Source: Halarcobacter sp.
Lineage (GTDB): Bacteria; Campylobacterota; Campylobacteria; Campylobacterales; Arcobacteraceae
Reading direction: 5' to 3'
Length of the DNA: 64,000 nucleotides
Assembly (NCBI GenBank): GCA_963676565.1
Contig: OY781089.1
Coordinates: 1,696,001-1,760,000 of the forward strand
In this document: positions 9,141-19,459 of the stretch, piece by piece
How the letters are laid out: each line of letters starts with the position of its first letter
How positions within the stretch are numbered: the first letter of the stretch is position 1
Notes under the pieces: generated by a model
The model's input: the letters and a program-made list of their open reading frames with translations, nothing else
Databases searched by the model: none
Told to the model about the DNA's origin: nothing
Program-made: the position numbers and the translations under genes

Positions 9141-10409
9141 ATGACAAATATAGACAAAGAACATATCTGGCATCCTTACGCTTCTGTTTTAAATCCAAAA
9201 GATACAATCAAAATTAAAAGTGCAAATGAAGTATATTTAAATCTTGAAGATGGTACCTCTTTAATTGATGGAATGTCTTCATGGTGGTCAGTTATTCATG
9301 GATACAATAATAAAAAAATAAATTTAGCAATAAATGAGCAAACATCAAAAATGTCCCATGTGATGTTTGGTGGATTAACCCATGATCCTGCAATAGAATT
9401 AACTCAAAAACTACTAAATTTACTCGATGATAGATTAGAAAAAATATTTTATTGTGATTCTGGTTCTGTTTCAGTTGAGATTGCAATGAAAATGGCATTG
9501 CAATATCACTACAAAGAAAATAATAATACGAAGACTAGATTCTTAACAGTTAGACGAGGGTACCATGGTGATACTTTTGGAGCAATGTCTGTTTGTGACC
9601 CAGTTACAGGAATGCATACAATTTTTAGTGAATTTTTAACAAAAAACTATTTTGTAAGTGAACCTAAATCAAAGTTTGAAGAAGAGTTTGACCAAAGTGA
9701 TTTAGATGAAATGAAAAAAATTCTTGAAGAAAATCATGAGAATATAGCTGCCGTTATTATTGAACCAATAGTTCAAGGTGCTGGGGGTATGAGATTTTAT
9801 TCTCCAAAATACTTAGAAGGTTTAAGAGAACTTACTAAAAAACACAATGTTTTATTGATTTTTGATGAAATTGCTACAGGTTTTGGAAGAACTGGTAAAC
9901 TTTTTGCATATCAACATACAAATATTATTCCTGATATTATGACTATTGGAAAAGCTTTAACTGCTGGTTATATGACTATGGCTGCAACAATTACAACTAA
10001 AGAGGTTGCTCAAGGAATAGAAAAAGATGGAAATATCTTAATGCATGGCCCAACTTTTATGGGTAATCCTCTTGCTTGTAAAGTTGCCTCAACTAGCATT
10101 GATTTATTGGAAGAAAACAATTGGCAAGAAAATGTTTTAAGAATTGAAAAGTATTTAAAAGAGAATCTAACTATTTGTGAAAATCTTGATTTAGTTAAAG
10201 AGGTTAGAGTATTAGGTGCTATTGGAGTTGTTGAATTGCATGAAAATGTAGATATGGTAAAAGCCACAGAAGAGTTTGTTAAAAGAGGTGTTTGGATTAG
10301 ACCGTTTATGAAATTAATCTATATCATGCCTCCATTTATAACTACAAATGAGCAACTACAAAAATTAGTAGATGCTATATATGGTACTGTAGAAAAACTA
10401 CAAGATTAA
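9141..10409 (+). CDS. bioA: Adenosylmethionine-8-amino-7-oxononanoate aminotransferase
   Basis: IWHPY, DGMSSWW, DSGSVSVE, YHGDT, FDEIATGFGRTG, GKALTAG and HGPTFMGNP motifs. Confidence 0.96.
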   Translation: MTNIDKEHIWHPYASVLNPKDTIKIKSANEVYLNLEDGTSLIDGMSSWWSVIHGYNNKKINLAINEQTSKMSHVMFGGLTHDPAIELTQKLLNLLDDRLEKIFYCDSGSVSVEIAMKMALQYHYKENNNTKTRFLTVRRGYHGDTFGAMSVCDPVTGMHTIFSEFLTKNYFVSEPKSKFEEEFDQSDLDEMKKILEENHENIAAVIIEPIVQGAGGMRFYSPKYLEGLRELTKKHNVLLIFDEIATGFGRTGKLFAYQHTNIIPDIMTIGKALTAGYMTMAATITTKEVAQGIEKDGNILMHGPTFMGNPLACKVASTSIDLLEENNWQENVLRIEKYLKENLTICENLDLVKEVRVLGAIGVVELHENVDMVKATEEFVKRGVWIRPFMKLIYIMPPFITTNEQLQKLVDAIYGTVEKLQD

Positions 10410-10421
10410 TATCTTGTAGTT

Positions 10422-12638
10422 TTAACTATTCCATTTTTTCTTATTTAGTTCATCTTCAATTCTATTTGAGATTTTGTTCATTTCAATAGAAGCTTCATTT
10501 GTTTGTGCTGCAATTTGCGCATTTTCTTGGGTTTGTCTATCAAGTAAAGAGATTGAATCATTAATTTGAATCACTCTACTCTCTTGATCTTTACTTGATG
10601 ATTCTACTCGATTTATAAGTTCAATTGTTTGATTTAGTTTTTGAGTTAAATTATCATAACCAGATATCATTTCACCAGAAATATTTTTACCTTGATTTGC
10701 TTTTGTTGCTGCATTTTCTACTAATCTTTTTATTTCATTGGCTGCTTCTGCACTTCTACCAGCTAGGTTTCTAACCTCTTGTGCAACAACTGCAAAACCT
10801 TTTCCAGCTTCTCCTGCTGTTGCTGCTTCAACTGCTGCATTTAAAGATAAAATATTTGTTTGGAAAGCAATTTGGTCAATAAATGAAATAGCTTCATTGA
10901 TAGCTTGAACCTCAGAATTAATCTCATCCATAGAAGATGTAGTTTCGCGTGCTAGTTTTTGACCATTTTCTGAGACAACAAACAACTCTTTTGAGAATTC
11001 AGACATTTGGTGAACATCTCTAGTACTTTCTTTTATCGTTGTTGTAATTTCATTAATAGCAGCTGAAGTCTCCTCAATAGAAGCTGCCGCATGATTAGAA
11101 TTTGTATTTAATGAATCAACATTTCTCAATAGAATATCAGAGTTATTTCTTAAAATTTCACCTTGATTTTTATTTTCATTTAGCATCTCAACAATAGAAT
11201 CCCTTACAGAATTTATCCCTTCTACCAACTCTTTATATTGACCTGACATCTTTGAATCTAAGTGAATCTTTTCAGTATAGTCATACTGAACATATTTTTT
11301 TAATACAGATAATATATCATTGAACATTTTTTGTTGCTCCTCCATTGTTTTATTTACAATATTTACAAATGTTTGTACTTGTGGAGTTGAAGCTGGATTT
11401 TTAATTCTATAGTTTAAATTACCCTGTTGCATTTTATTTAGTGTTAAAATTGTCTCACCTGCACACAACATATCAAGCTCAGTTGATTCTGCTATATCTA
11501 TAACATTTTTATTAATAAGTTTTGAAAGTTCACAAAATTCATCTTTCCCTTCTAAATCTATAGGTATAAACTCATTTGATTTTCTTTCAATATAATTACA
11601 AAAACCTAGGAAACCTCCATAAACTTTATCAAGTGAATTTCTGATATTTCTATTTATCAAAGAAGAGATTAATCCAATTATTAAGAAAAACAGAATTAAA
11701 AGAAATATTTCTATATTCAATGAATTTGAAAAATCATCCATTTTATTTTTTGAAGTTTCAATAATATCCTTTGAAATTAAGTCATCAATTTTTTTAAGAA
11801 TATTAATTTTCCCTGTAATTTTTGCAAACCAATAAGTTGCTTCTGCTTCAAGTTTTTTATTTAAAATCTCTTTTTCAATTCTTTTAACTTCGTCAACATC
11901 ATCACCTTTTAATAGTGATTGATAAGTCTGTTTATACTCTTTTGTTGCAAATGTCAAAAACTGATTCATAAATGTTTCTTGAACTACAATAAGTGATAAA
12001 AACTTATTATAAAGGTCTAGTTTCTTTGAAGCAAGCATATTTGTTCCAACAGCTCTTTGAATTCCTGCTCTTTCTTTACTCATCAAAAAATTATAGTATG
12101 CAAGTACCTTTCTTGAGATTTTTTTATCTTTTACCACATTCATAGATGATGGAATTATACTTAGTAATACACCATTCATATTTGTGTAGTATGCTAAGGC
12201 ATCACCTATTTTTATATTTAATGCTGTAACATCATTTCTAGTTGAACTTAGTTTACTAAAATCATCATATACTTTGTCAAACTTAACTAAGGTTTCTTTT
12301 CTTAATATAGTTTTATCTAGGTTTTTATAAATTAGTTTAAACTCTTGAAGTCTATTGTCTGTTAATTTTCTTTGTTCTGGTAGTTTGTCTTTAAATTTTG
12401 CACCTTTACTACCAATATATCCAGCTGTCATACCCCTTTCTTTTTGGGTTTCATGAACTAAAAGAGATATTGATGTTGAAACTTTCATTATCTCATTTAA
12501 ATCACTATATTCAGACTTTTTTGTATAACTATTATAAATATAGTTTAATGAAAATGCTATTGCCAATAAAAAAGGGATAACAATTAATATAATTAATTTT
12601 GTTTTGATTTTTAGATTTGATAAAATAGAATTAAACAT
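10422..12638 (-). CDS. Methyl-accepting chemotaxis protein with periplasmic NIT (nitrate/nitrite-sensing) domain
   Basis: VHETQKERG and [12 protein letters not shown] motifs lie between two TM helices; signalling tip [30 protein letters not shown]. Confidence 0.85.
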   Translation of the reverse strand: MFNSILSNLKIKTKLIILIVIPFLLAIAFSLNYIYNSYTKKSEYSDLNEIMKVSTSISLLVHETQKERGMTAGYIGSKGAKFKDKLPEQRKLTDNRLQEFKLIYKNLDKTILRKETLVKFDKVYDDFSKLSSTRNDVTALNIKIGDALAYYTNMNGVLLSIIPSSMNVVKDKKISRKVLAYYNFLMSKERAGIQRAVGTNMLASKKLDLYNKFLSLIVVQETFMNQFLTFATKEYKQTYQSLLKGDDVDEVKRIEKEILNKKLEAEATYWFAKITGKINILKKIDDLISKDIIETSKNKMDDFSNSLNIEIFLLILFFLIIGLISSLINRNIRNSLDKVYGGFLGFCNYIERKSNEFIPIDLEGKDEFCELSKLINKNVIDIAESTELDMLCAGETILTLNKMQQGNLNYRIKNPASTPQVQTFVNIVNKTMEEQQKMFNDILSVLKKYVQYDYTEKIHLDSKMSGQYKELVEGINSVRDSIVEMLNENKNQGEILRNNSDILLRNVDSLNTNSNHAAASIEETSAAINEITTTIKESTRDVHQMSEFSKELFVVSENGQKLARETTSSMDEINSEVQAINEAISFIDQIAFQTNILSLNAAVEAATAGEAGKGFAVVAQEVRNLAGRSAEAANEIKRLVENAATKANQGKNISGEMISGYDNLTQKLNQTIELINRVESSSKDQESRVIQINDSISLLDRQTQENAQIAAQTNEASIEMNKISNRIEDELNKKKWNS

Positions 12639-12640
12639 GA

Positions 12641-13042
12641 CTATTCTCCCTTCTTCATTTCAGCATAAAGCATCGTATACTTATCAATTTCTTTTCTTGA
12701 AGCTTTTCTTCTACAGGAGATATAACCTTTTGATCCATCTGAGGAAGTAAATGGGAAAACCGTTGCAAATACCCAATAGAATTTTCCAGATTTTGTTTTG
12801 TTTTTTACAAAACCTTTCCATTTGTTTCCACTTTGTACAGTTTTCCATAAATCTTCAAAGGCAGCCTTTGGCATATCTTCATGTCTTACCATATTATGTG
12901 GATTTCCTACAAGCTCATTTAGACTATACTCAGCATATTCACAAAACTCATCATTTGCAAACTTGATAATGCCTTTTTCATCAGTTTCTGAAACTAAAAA
13001 AGATTTATCATCTAAAATTAATTCGTTATTTATTATTTCCAT
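12641..13042 (-). CDS. Stand-alone Aer/CetB-like PAS protein
   Basis: [26 protein letters not shown] and YWV motifs of the Aer FAD-binding PAS domain. Confidence 0.9.
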   Translation of the reverse strand: MEIINNELILDDKSFLVSETDEKGIIKFANDEFCEYAEYSLNELVGNPHNMVRHEDMPKAAFEDLWKTVQSGNKWKGFVKNKTKSGKFYWVFATVFPFTSSDGSKGYISCRRKASRKEIDKYTMLYAEMKKGE

Positions 13043-13340
13043 TCCCCACTCCTAATAAAAATAATTTTAACATATGAAATAGTGTTATTATTTAATTTAT
13101 CAAGAATAGCTTGTTTTAGCTATAAAGTTGTTAAAAAATGTAACAAAATAGTATTATTAAAATCAACAATTAGTTTATAAAAATAAGTTTTAGTTCAAAG
13201 AGTTTTATAAATAATTTTTAGTATTTTTACAAGTTATTAATTATACTTTAAAATACTCTTATTAAAGAGATTTTAATTTTTATAAAGTATTATGATTTCA
13301 CAGAGTTTACACATTTATAGAATAGATTAGGGAATAAAGT

Positions 13341-13604
13341 ATGGATTATGAAGATTTTGAAAAAGCAGTTGATTTATTTGGTATTTTAACAAAGACATCA
13401 AAGAAAGATTTGAAAAAAAAGTATTTAAAGCTTTCAAAGGAATTACATCCTGATATGCCAAATGGTAGTGATGAAAAATTTCAAGAATTGCAAGGGGCAT
13501 ATGATTTGTTAAACTCATATATGGATGGTTTTGCTTTTTCTTTTGATGAAGAGGAGTTTAAAACTCAATTTCCATCTTTTACAAACTATAAAAATTGGAG
13601 ATAA
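13341..13604 (+). CDS. Small J-domain protein
   Basis: LKKKYLKLSKELHPD...FQELQGAY. Confidence 0.85.
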   Translation: MDYEDFEKAVDLFGILTKTSKKDLKKKYLKLSKELHPDMPNGSDEKFQELQGAYDLLNSYMDGFAFSFDEEEFKTQFPSFTNYKNWR

Positions 13605-13605
13605 A

Positions 13606-15036
13606 ATGAAAAAATTACTTATTGTTTTGATGTTCACAACATCAATATTTGCAAATGTTGATATCAAAAGTTTAGATATGTATAAAAATCTAACTTTTGT
13701 AAAACAAAAATTGGATTTTAAGAAAAATACTCAGAAATTACTAGGGCAAGTTAAAATTGAGGATATAAGATTCTTAAAGGAAGATAACTGTTCAATTGGT
13801 GAGTATACCTTAATGAATGAAAAAGAAAATGATGAATTATCAAAATTAATTTCAGAAGCAAAAGATAAGATAGTTTATAAAGAAAATAGGATAAAAGCTT
13901 TAAAAAGTAACATTGCATTTTTAGAAAAAACTTCATTGACTTCAGTAAGTAATTCAAAAATGTTTCAAGAAAGCTCAAATTTTTTAAAAAAAGAGATTTT
14001 GGAAAGTTATAATAATATTTATGAAATAGAAGGTTATATTAAAGAAGATAAAAAAGAACTTGAAGAACTTCTAAAAAAAAGAACTAATGAAAATACTACT
14101 TATTTAAATTATGATTTAAAATGTGATAAAGATGTATTTGTTTACTACCCTCTAAATAATATTAAAAAAGATGGACTTTATGATATAAATTATAATTCAA
14201 ATAAAAAAGAATTAGAGATTAAAAACTCTTATTTCATTACCCAGTCAACTGGAGTAGATTTTAAAAATATCAATATAAATCTTTATTCTTTTTCATATGT
14301 TGATACTGTTCAGCCTAGAAAATTTTATCCACAATATTTAGATTTAGATATGCCTGTTGCATTAAGTTCTTCAAAAGTGATGATAAAAAAAGCAAAAGTT
14401 GAAAGATTTAATGATATGGCATCTGCACCTAGATATGAGTATAATGAAGATACAACTAGGTCATATTTTACTGCTTTAAATGTAGATTTACAAAGTGGCA
14501 AAAAACAGCAAGTATTATTTTCAAATGAAAAATATAAAGCAAACAATTCTATAGAAATTGATGGATATGCTTCTTCTAAGGCTTTTTATAAAGTTGATTT
14601 TAAAAGTGATAAATTATACGGCTTTATTAATTCAAGATTATATTTAAACGATTCATATATTGGAAAAATAAATATAGATGGTATAAAAAAAGACGAAGAC
14701 AATAGCTTGTACTTTTCAAATAATAGATTTATTGATGTTAAAAAAGAACTTATAAAAGATATGAAAGAGGAGCCATTCTTTAGTTTAAATAGATTAAAAA
14801 CTCAAAAAATTTGGAAATATGAAATTAAAAATAACAGTAACAAAGAAGAGTTTGTTTCTCTTATAGAAAGGGTTCCTGTATCTAAGCATGAGGATATTAA
14901 AATAGAGCTTATTGGTTCAACAAAAGTTACAAAGTTTGAAAAAAATGGTAAAATCACTTTTGATTTTAATCTAAAACCTAATGAAACAAAAACTATAGAA
15001 TTTGGGTATGAGATTTTAAAACCTAATAAAAATTAA
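13606..15036 (+). CDS. Exported DUF4140/DUF4139 (MuiA-like) protein
   Basis: Start re-placed at ATG 13606 (GGAG SD, signal peptide MKKLLIVL); coiled coil; ITQSTGVDF, ERVPVS and F.LKPNE motifs. Confidence 0.8.
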   Translation: MKKLLIVLMFTTSIFANVDIKSLDMYKNLTFVKQKLDFKKNTQKLLGQVKIEDIRFLKEDNCSIGEYTLMNEKENDELSKLISEAKDKIVYKENRIKALKSNIAFLEKTSLTSVSNSKMFQESSNFLKKEILESYNNIYEIEGYIKEDKKELEELLKKRTNENTTYLNYDLKCDKDVFVYYPLNNIKKDGLYDINYNSNKKELEIKNSYFITQSTGVDFKNININLYSFSYVDTVQPRKFYPQYLDLDMPVALSSSKVMIKKAKVERFNDMASAPRYEYNEDTTRSYFTALNVDLQSGKKQQVLFSNEKYKANNSIEIDGYASSKAFYKVDFKSDKLYGFINSRLYLNDSYIGKINIDGIKKDEDNSLYFSNNRFIDVKKELIKDMKEEPFFSLNRLKTQKIWKYEIKNNSNKEEFVSLIERVPVSKHEDIKIELIGSTKVTKFEKNGKITFDFNLKPNETKTIEFGYEILKPNKN

Positions 15037-15045
15037 GGGGATTAA

Positions 15046-15912
15046 ATGTTTGATAATAAAAAAGTAAAAGAGTTGGTTTTAAGTACACTTGTAGCAGATT
15101 CATACTCTTTGGCTACACATTGGATTTATGACGAAAAACAATTAAGTGAACTTGATATTAATTGGGAACTATTAAATGATGCAAAGGGTGTTTGGCATAG
15201 GGGTAAAGTTGCCGGTGATTTTACTCATTTTGGTGATCAAACATTTTGGTTATATCAATTTTTAGAAGATAAAAATCAATTTAATGTAGATGAATATGTG
15301 GATTATTGGAAAAGTAAAATAGATATATACAATGGATATATAGATGGTGCTACAAAAGGTACTTTAGAGAATATAAGCAAAGGAATAACTCCAACAGGAA
15401 GTTCCTCTACTGATTTATCAATCATAGGAAGAATTGCTCCATTGTTATTGGTTTCTAAAACAAAAGAAGAGTTTCTAGAAAATATTTCAAAGTTTGTATC
15501 TTGTACACACAACTCAAAAGAGGCTTTAGAAGCTTCAAGGTTTTTTGGTGAATTGTTTTTAAAGGTTTATGAAGGTGAAAATATTGAAGAGGCTATCCTT
15601 TCTTTAAAAGATAGTTTTGATACAAAATTACAATCATATATTTATAGTGGTATTGCTTCAAAAACTGATGAAACCTTTGATGCCATAAGAGGTTTTGGAC
15701 CAGCATGCGATATTGATGGAGCATTTCAAGGGGTAATTCATCTATTATGTAAATATGATGATTTTAAACAAATGTTAATAGAAAATGCAAAAGCTGGTGG
15801 AGATAATAGTGCTAGGGCTATGTTAGCTAGTTTTATTTATATGGCATCTCCAAATAAAAATTTAACAAAGATTCCAAACGATTGGTTAAATATTAAAGCC
15901 ACAATTATATAA
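15046..15912 (+). CDS. ADP-ribosylglycohydrolase-family protein (crystallin J1/SelJ-like branch)
   Basis: VADSYSLATHWIYD, GDFTHFGDQ, CTHNS and AGGDNSARA motifs. Confidence 0.8.
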   Translation: MFDNKKVKELVLSTLVADSYSLATHWIYDEKQLSELDINWELLNDAKGVWHRGKVAGDFTHFGDQTFWLYQFLEDKNQFNVDEYVDYWKSKIDIYNGYIDGATKGTLENISKGITPTGSSSTDLSIIGRIAPLLLVSKTKEEFLENISKFVSCTHNSKEALEASRFFGELFLKVYEGENIEEAILSLKDSFDTKLQSYIYSGIASKTDETFDAIRGFGPACDIDGAFQGVIHLLCKYDDFKQMLIENAKAGGDNSARAMLASFIYMASPNKNLTKIPNDWLNIKATII

Positions 15913-15923
15913 AGAGGAAATTT

Positions 15924-16358
15924 ATGATTAGAACATTAGTAAGCAAAAATAAATTTTATGTGGAGTTATCTTTAGCTTCAATAATTTTTGCAGTTGCATT
16001 ATTTATGGATAGATTGATGGATGCAATTATCTATATGCTTTATTTTGTAATTGTTTTAGAAATTACAAGAGCGGTTGTAAATTATATTAGAGAAGAAAGA
16101 GTGATTTTAACAACCCTAGTTGATGCATTTGTAATATTAGCTTTAAGGGAACTAATTGTAAATGTTGTAAAGATTAATGATAAACATATTGATTCTTGGG
16201 ATGCACTTTTTAGTTCTCCAATGAATTTTAATATTATGGTAATTTCAGGTGTAATTATTTTTTTAATATTAGTTAGATATTTAGTAGTAAAAACTTCTCA
16301 TAGATGTATCTTGGGGAAAAACAAACCTTGTGATATTGATGAAGAAAAAGATGATTAG
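15924..16358 (+). CDS. PsiE-family membrane protein
   Basis: About 4 TM helices; LEITRAV and DAFVILALRELI motifs. Confidence 0.7.
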   Translation: MIRTLVSKNKFYVELSLASIIFAVALFMDRLMDAIIYMLYFVIVLEITRAVVNYIREERVILTTLVDAFVILALRELIVNVVKINDKHIDSWDALFSSPMNFNIMVISGVIIFLILVRYLVVKTSHRCILGKNKPCDIDEEKDD

Positions 16359-16383
16359 AGAATAAATCTCTAATCATCTTTTT
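16345..16383. terminator. Bidirectional terminator between the convergent PsiE-like gene and xth
   Basis: 17-bp perfect stem AAAAAGATGATTAGAGA / TCTCTAATCATCTTTTT with a 5-nt loop. Confidence 0.85.
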
Positions 16384-17168
16384 TAAATCTCTATTTCAAG
16401 ACCAATTGGACAGTGGTCACTTCCAAATACATCATCTAAAATATAAGCATCTTTTACATAATCTTTTAAATCAGAACTCACATAAAAGTAATCAATTCTC
16501 CAGCCAACATTATTAGCCCTTGCATTTGCTCTATAAGACCACCATGAGTATTTATCTTTTATATCACCATTTATAAGTCTAAAAGTATCAATATATCCAT
16601 GGTCTAAAAATTTTGTAATCCAATCTCTTTCCATTGGTAAAAATCCTGAAGTCTTTTCATTTGCCTTAGGACGTGCAATATCTATTTCAGTGTGAGCAGT
16701 ATTTACATCTCCACAAACAATAATAGATTTTCCCTCTTTTTTAAGATTTTCGCAATGCTCTAAGAATCTATCGTAAAACTCCATTTTATAAACAAGTCTT
16801 TCCTCTTTTGATTGACCATTTGGAAAATATACATTAAAAAAAGCAATATCTTTATTGCCTAAAGTAAAATGAACTTCATTTATTCTTCCTTCATCAAGAA
16901 TATCAACACTTGGACAATTACAAGTAAAGGTAGGTTCTAAGTCTGTGAAAAGTGCTGTTCCACTTCTACCTTTTATAGCAGACTCAGAAGCAAATACTGT
17001 TTTATAATTTTTTTCAAATATTGAATCTGGAATTTGCTCTTTAGAGGATTTTGTTTCTTGAATACCAAGTAAATCAATATTTGCTTCATCAACCCATTTC
17101 AAAGCCTTTTTTTTATCAACTGCTCTAATACCATTTACATTCCACGAGATAAACTTATATCTACTCAT
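16383..17168 (-). CDS. xth: Exodeoxyribonuclease III (AP endonuclease)
   Basis: SWNVNGIRA, QETK, YFPNG, GDVNTAH, GWRIDY and SDHCP motifs. Confidence 0.96.
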   Translation of the reverse strand: MSRYKFISWNVNGIRAVDKKKALKWVDEANIDLLGIQETKSSKEQIPDSIFEKNYKTVFASESAIKGRSGTALFTDLEPTFTCNCPSVDILDEGRINEVHFTLGNKDIAFFNVYFPNGQSKEERLVYKMEFYDRFLEHCENLKKEGKSIIVCGDVNTAHTEIDIARPKANEKTSGFLPMERDWITKFLDHGYIDTFRLINGDIKDKYSWWSYRANARANNVGWRIDYFYVSSDLKDYVKDAYILDDVFGSDHCPIGLEIEI

Positions 17169-17406
17169 TCTTTTCCTTTAATTCTTTAATTTCTTCTATC
17201 TTGTCAACTTTTATAAATTTTTCATTGTTTGTATTTTCTTTATTCTCTTTTTTTTTGCTACCTAGTAAATTAAAGCTATTGGAAAACCCTTTATTTTGAA
17301 TCATTGAGTCACCTTTTCCACCATGCATATCTATCTGACCTTTTTCATAGGCAAAAGCAAAAGAGCTTAAGAAAACTATTAATGTTACAGTTTTAAACCT
17401 TTTCAT
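17161..17406 (-). CDS. Small exported hypothetical protein
   Basis: Start re-placed at 17406 (AAGGA SD); signal peptide ending AFA; GQIDMHGGKG motif; overlaps the xth start. Confidence 0.65.
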   Translation of the reverse strand: MKRFKTVTLIVFLSSFAFAYEKGQIDMHGGKGDSMIQNKGFSNSFNLLGSKKKENKENTNNEKFIKVDKIEEIKELKEKNE

Positions 17407-17502
17407 TATATATCCTTTAAATTTGTTTCGTATTATTACAAAAATTCTGCACACTAAGTCTAAATGTGCTATTTTACGAAAAAAATTTAATAAAGATATA
17501 AA

Positions 17503-18219
17503 ATGTCTACAGAAATATTATTAGGAATACTTACATTTTTCACATCAACAATTGCAGGAATAGTTGGTCTTGGTGGAGGAATGATTCTAATTGCAATTCT
17601 TCCAAGTTTCTTACCTGTAAATGCAATTGTTCCTGTTCATGGTCTAACTCAAATGGCAAGTAATGTAAGTCGTGCAATTTTTGGATGGAGTGATGTAAAG
17701 GTTGAAGTGATTCCAAAGTTTTTAATTGGCTCACTTTTAGGCGTTTCTTTTTTTGCAACAATTTTGTATTTTATCTCTTTAACCTACGTACCTTTGTTTA
17801 TTGGTTTATATATATTACTCTCTTTATGGAGTGATAAGTTTAATAAAAAAATAGAAAGATTTGAAAGCTATTATTTAATAGGTTTTGTACAAAGTGGACT
17901 TTCATTAATTGTTGGTGCCACAGGACCAATTGCTACTACCCTTTTGGTAAAAGATTATAATGATAAGCATGTAGTTGTATCAACTGCAGCTGCATTAAAA
18001 AGTATAACTCATACATTAAAAGTTATCACTTTTATATTTTTTGGTTTTGTATTTTTTGATTATTTAGGAATTTTAGTTGCTATGATAATTGGTGCAGTTA
18101 TTGGAAGTTGGGCTGGTACAAAATTAAGGGATAAAATTGATGGTAAAAAATTTATACTAGTTTTAAAGATTTTATTATCATTGATGGCAATAAAACTTAT
18201 AGTTAGTTTGTTTATATAA
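17503..18219 (+). CDS. TauE/SafE (TSUP) family transporter
   Basis: GIVGLGGGMI repeat, GATGP and GSWAG motifs. Confidence 0.88.
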   Translation: MSTEILLGILTFFTSTIAGIVGLGGGMILIAILPSFLPVNAIVPVHGLTQMASNVSRAIFGWSDVKVEVIPKFLIGSLLGVSFFATILYFISLTYVPLFIGLYILLSLWSDKFNKKIERFESYYLIGFVQSGLSLIVGATGPIATTLLVKDYNDKHVVVSTAAALKSITHTLKVITFIFFGFVFFDYLGILVAMIIGAVIGSWAGTKLRDKIDGKKFILVLKILLSLMAIKLIVSLFI

Positions 18220-18232
18220 TGCAAGTTTACAT

Positions 18233-19402
18233 ATGAATAGTTTATTTAAATCAAGGGTTGCTTTACTTTATGTAATGTCAATCTCAATGGTATTTTCTTT
18301 TTCTGCTTGGATGAGTTTACTAAATAACTTTGTTGTAGAGGTTGCTTCTTTTAATGGTAGTCAAATAGGGATATTACAAAGTCTTAGGGAGATTCCTGGA
18401 TTCTTGGCATTTACTGTTGTTTTAGCAATTATATTTATTGCTCAACAAAGGCTTGCTTTTTTGTCTATGATACTTTTAGGTATTGGTGTTTTCTCAACTG
18501 GGTTTTTCCCTACGCCTTTAGGTCTTTATATCACAACAGTAATAATGTCAATTGGTTTTCACTATCTTGAAACATTAAACCAATCCTTATCTTTACAATG
18601 GTTAAGTAAAGAGAAGGCTCCAATTATTCTTGGAAAAATTACAGCTGCTAAATCTTTTACCTCTTTAGTTGTTTTTGTTTTAATATATATCATGATGAAA
18701 TTTTATTCTGTAGAGTATAAATATGTTTATGCTTTTTTTGGAGCAGTTACCCTTGTAGTTGGTATTATCTCATGGATAATGTTTGAGCATTTTAAAGATG
18801 AGGTTGTTCAAGAAAAAAAATTACGTCTGAAAAAAGAGTATTGGTTGTTTTACTTTTTAACTTTTTTAGCAGGAGCTAGAAGGCAAATCTTTGTTGTATT
18901 TGCAGGGTTTTTGTTGGTTGAAAAATTTGGAGTAGATATTCATAATATGGTAAGTTTACTATTTGTAAATGCTATATTAAATATGTATTTTGCACCTGCG
19001 ATTGGAAGATTTACTACAAAATTTGGAGAAAGAACAACTTTACGATTTGAGTATATTGGACTAATTATAGTTTTTGTCTCTTATGCTTTTGTAGAAAATA
19101 TCTATGTGGCATACGGTTTATATGTTCTTGATCATCTTCTATTTTCTATGGCAATTGCTTTAAAAACTTATTTTCAAAAAATAGCAGATCCAAAAGATAT
19201 AGCAAGTGCAAGTGCAGTTTCTTTTACTATAAATCATATTGCTGCAGTTTTTTTACCAGTGTTGCTTGGACTTGTATGGTTATATTCAAATTCACTTGTT
19301 TTTATAATTGGGGCTTTAATTGCTTTTTTATCTTTTTCTTTGTCTTTTTTAATCCCAGAACATCCAAGCCAAGGTTTTGAAACTACATTGAAAAAAGTTT
19401 AA
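18233..19402 (+). CDS. MFS transporter
   Basis: About 12 TM helices; SLREIPGFL, GARRQIFVVF and FTINHIAAV motifs. Confidence 0.88.
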   Translation: MNSLFKSRVALLYVMSISMVFSFSAWMSLLNNFVVEVASFNGSQIGILQSLREIPGFLAFTVVLAIIFIAQQRLAFLSMILLGIGVFSTGFFPTPLGLYITTVIMSIGFHYLETLNQSLSLQWLSKEKAPIILGKITAAKSFTSLVVFVLIYIMMKFYSVEYKYVYAFFGAVTLVVGIISWIMFEHFKDEVVQEKKLRLKKEYWLFYFLTFLAGARRQIFVVFAGFLLVEKFGVDIHNMVSLLFVNAILNMYFAPAIGRFTTKFGERTTLRFEYIGLIIVFVSYAFVENIYVAYGLYVLDHLLFSMAIALKTYFQKIADPKDIASASAVSFTINHIAAVFLPVLLGLVWLYSNSLVFIIGALIAFLSFSLSFLIPEHPSQGFETTLKKV

Positions 19403-19453
19403 CGAAATAATTTTGAAACAATTTTGACTTTTTTGTTTTTTATATGATACTAT
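19401..19453 (+). promoter_or_regulatory. Sensor kinase promoter: TTTTGAAACAA-type repeat plus extended -10
   Basis: TTTTGAAACAA at 19411-19421 with degenerate flanking copies; TGaTACTAT at 19445-19453. Confidence 0.55.
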
Positions 19454-19459
19454 CTATTT

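Noticed and set aside
13043..13340. 300-bp AT-rich intergenic region with a partial FNR-like TTGAT half-site
   Set aside because: The second half-site is a poor match and there is no stable structure or ORF; consistent with ordinary divergent promoters.
13525..13605. N-terminal extensions in the ORF track (also 22854, 32993, 33071, 38831, 39959, 56807, 57496, 17454)
   Set aside because: Downstream starts have better SD sequences or translational coupling and match family N-termini; they are not real fusions or extensions.
15046..15912. DraG (nitrogenase regulation) assignment, considered together with the NifX-like gene at 60144
   Set aside because: DraG catalytic motifs are absent and there are no draT or nif genes in the window.
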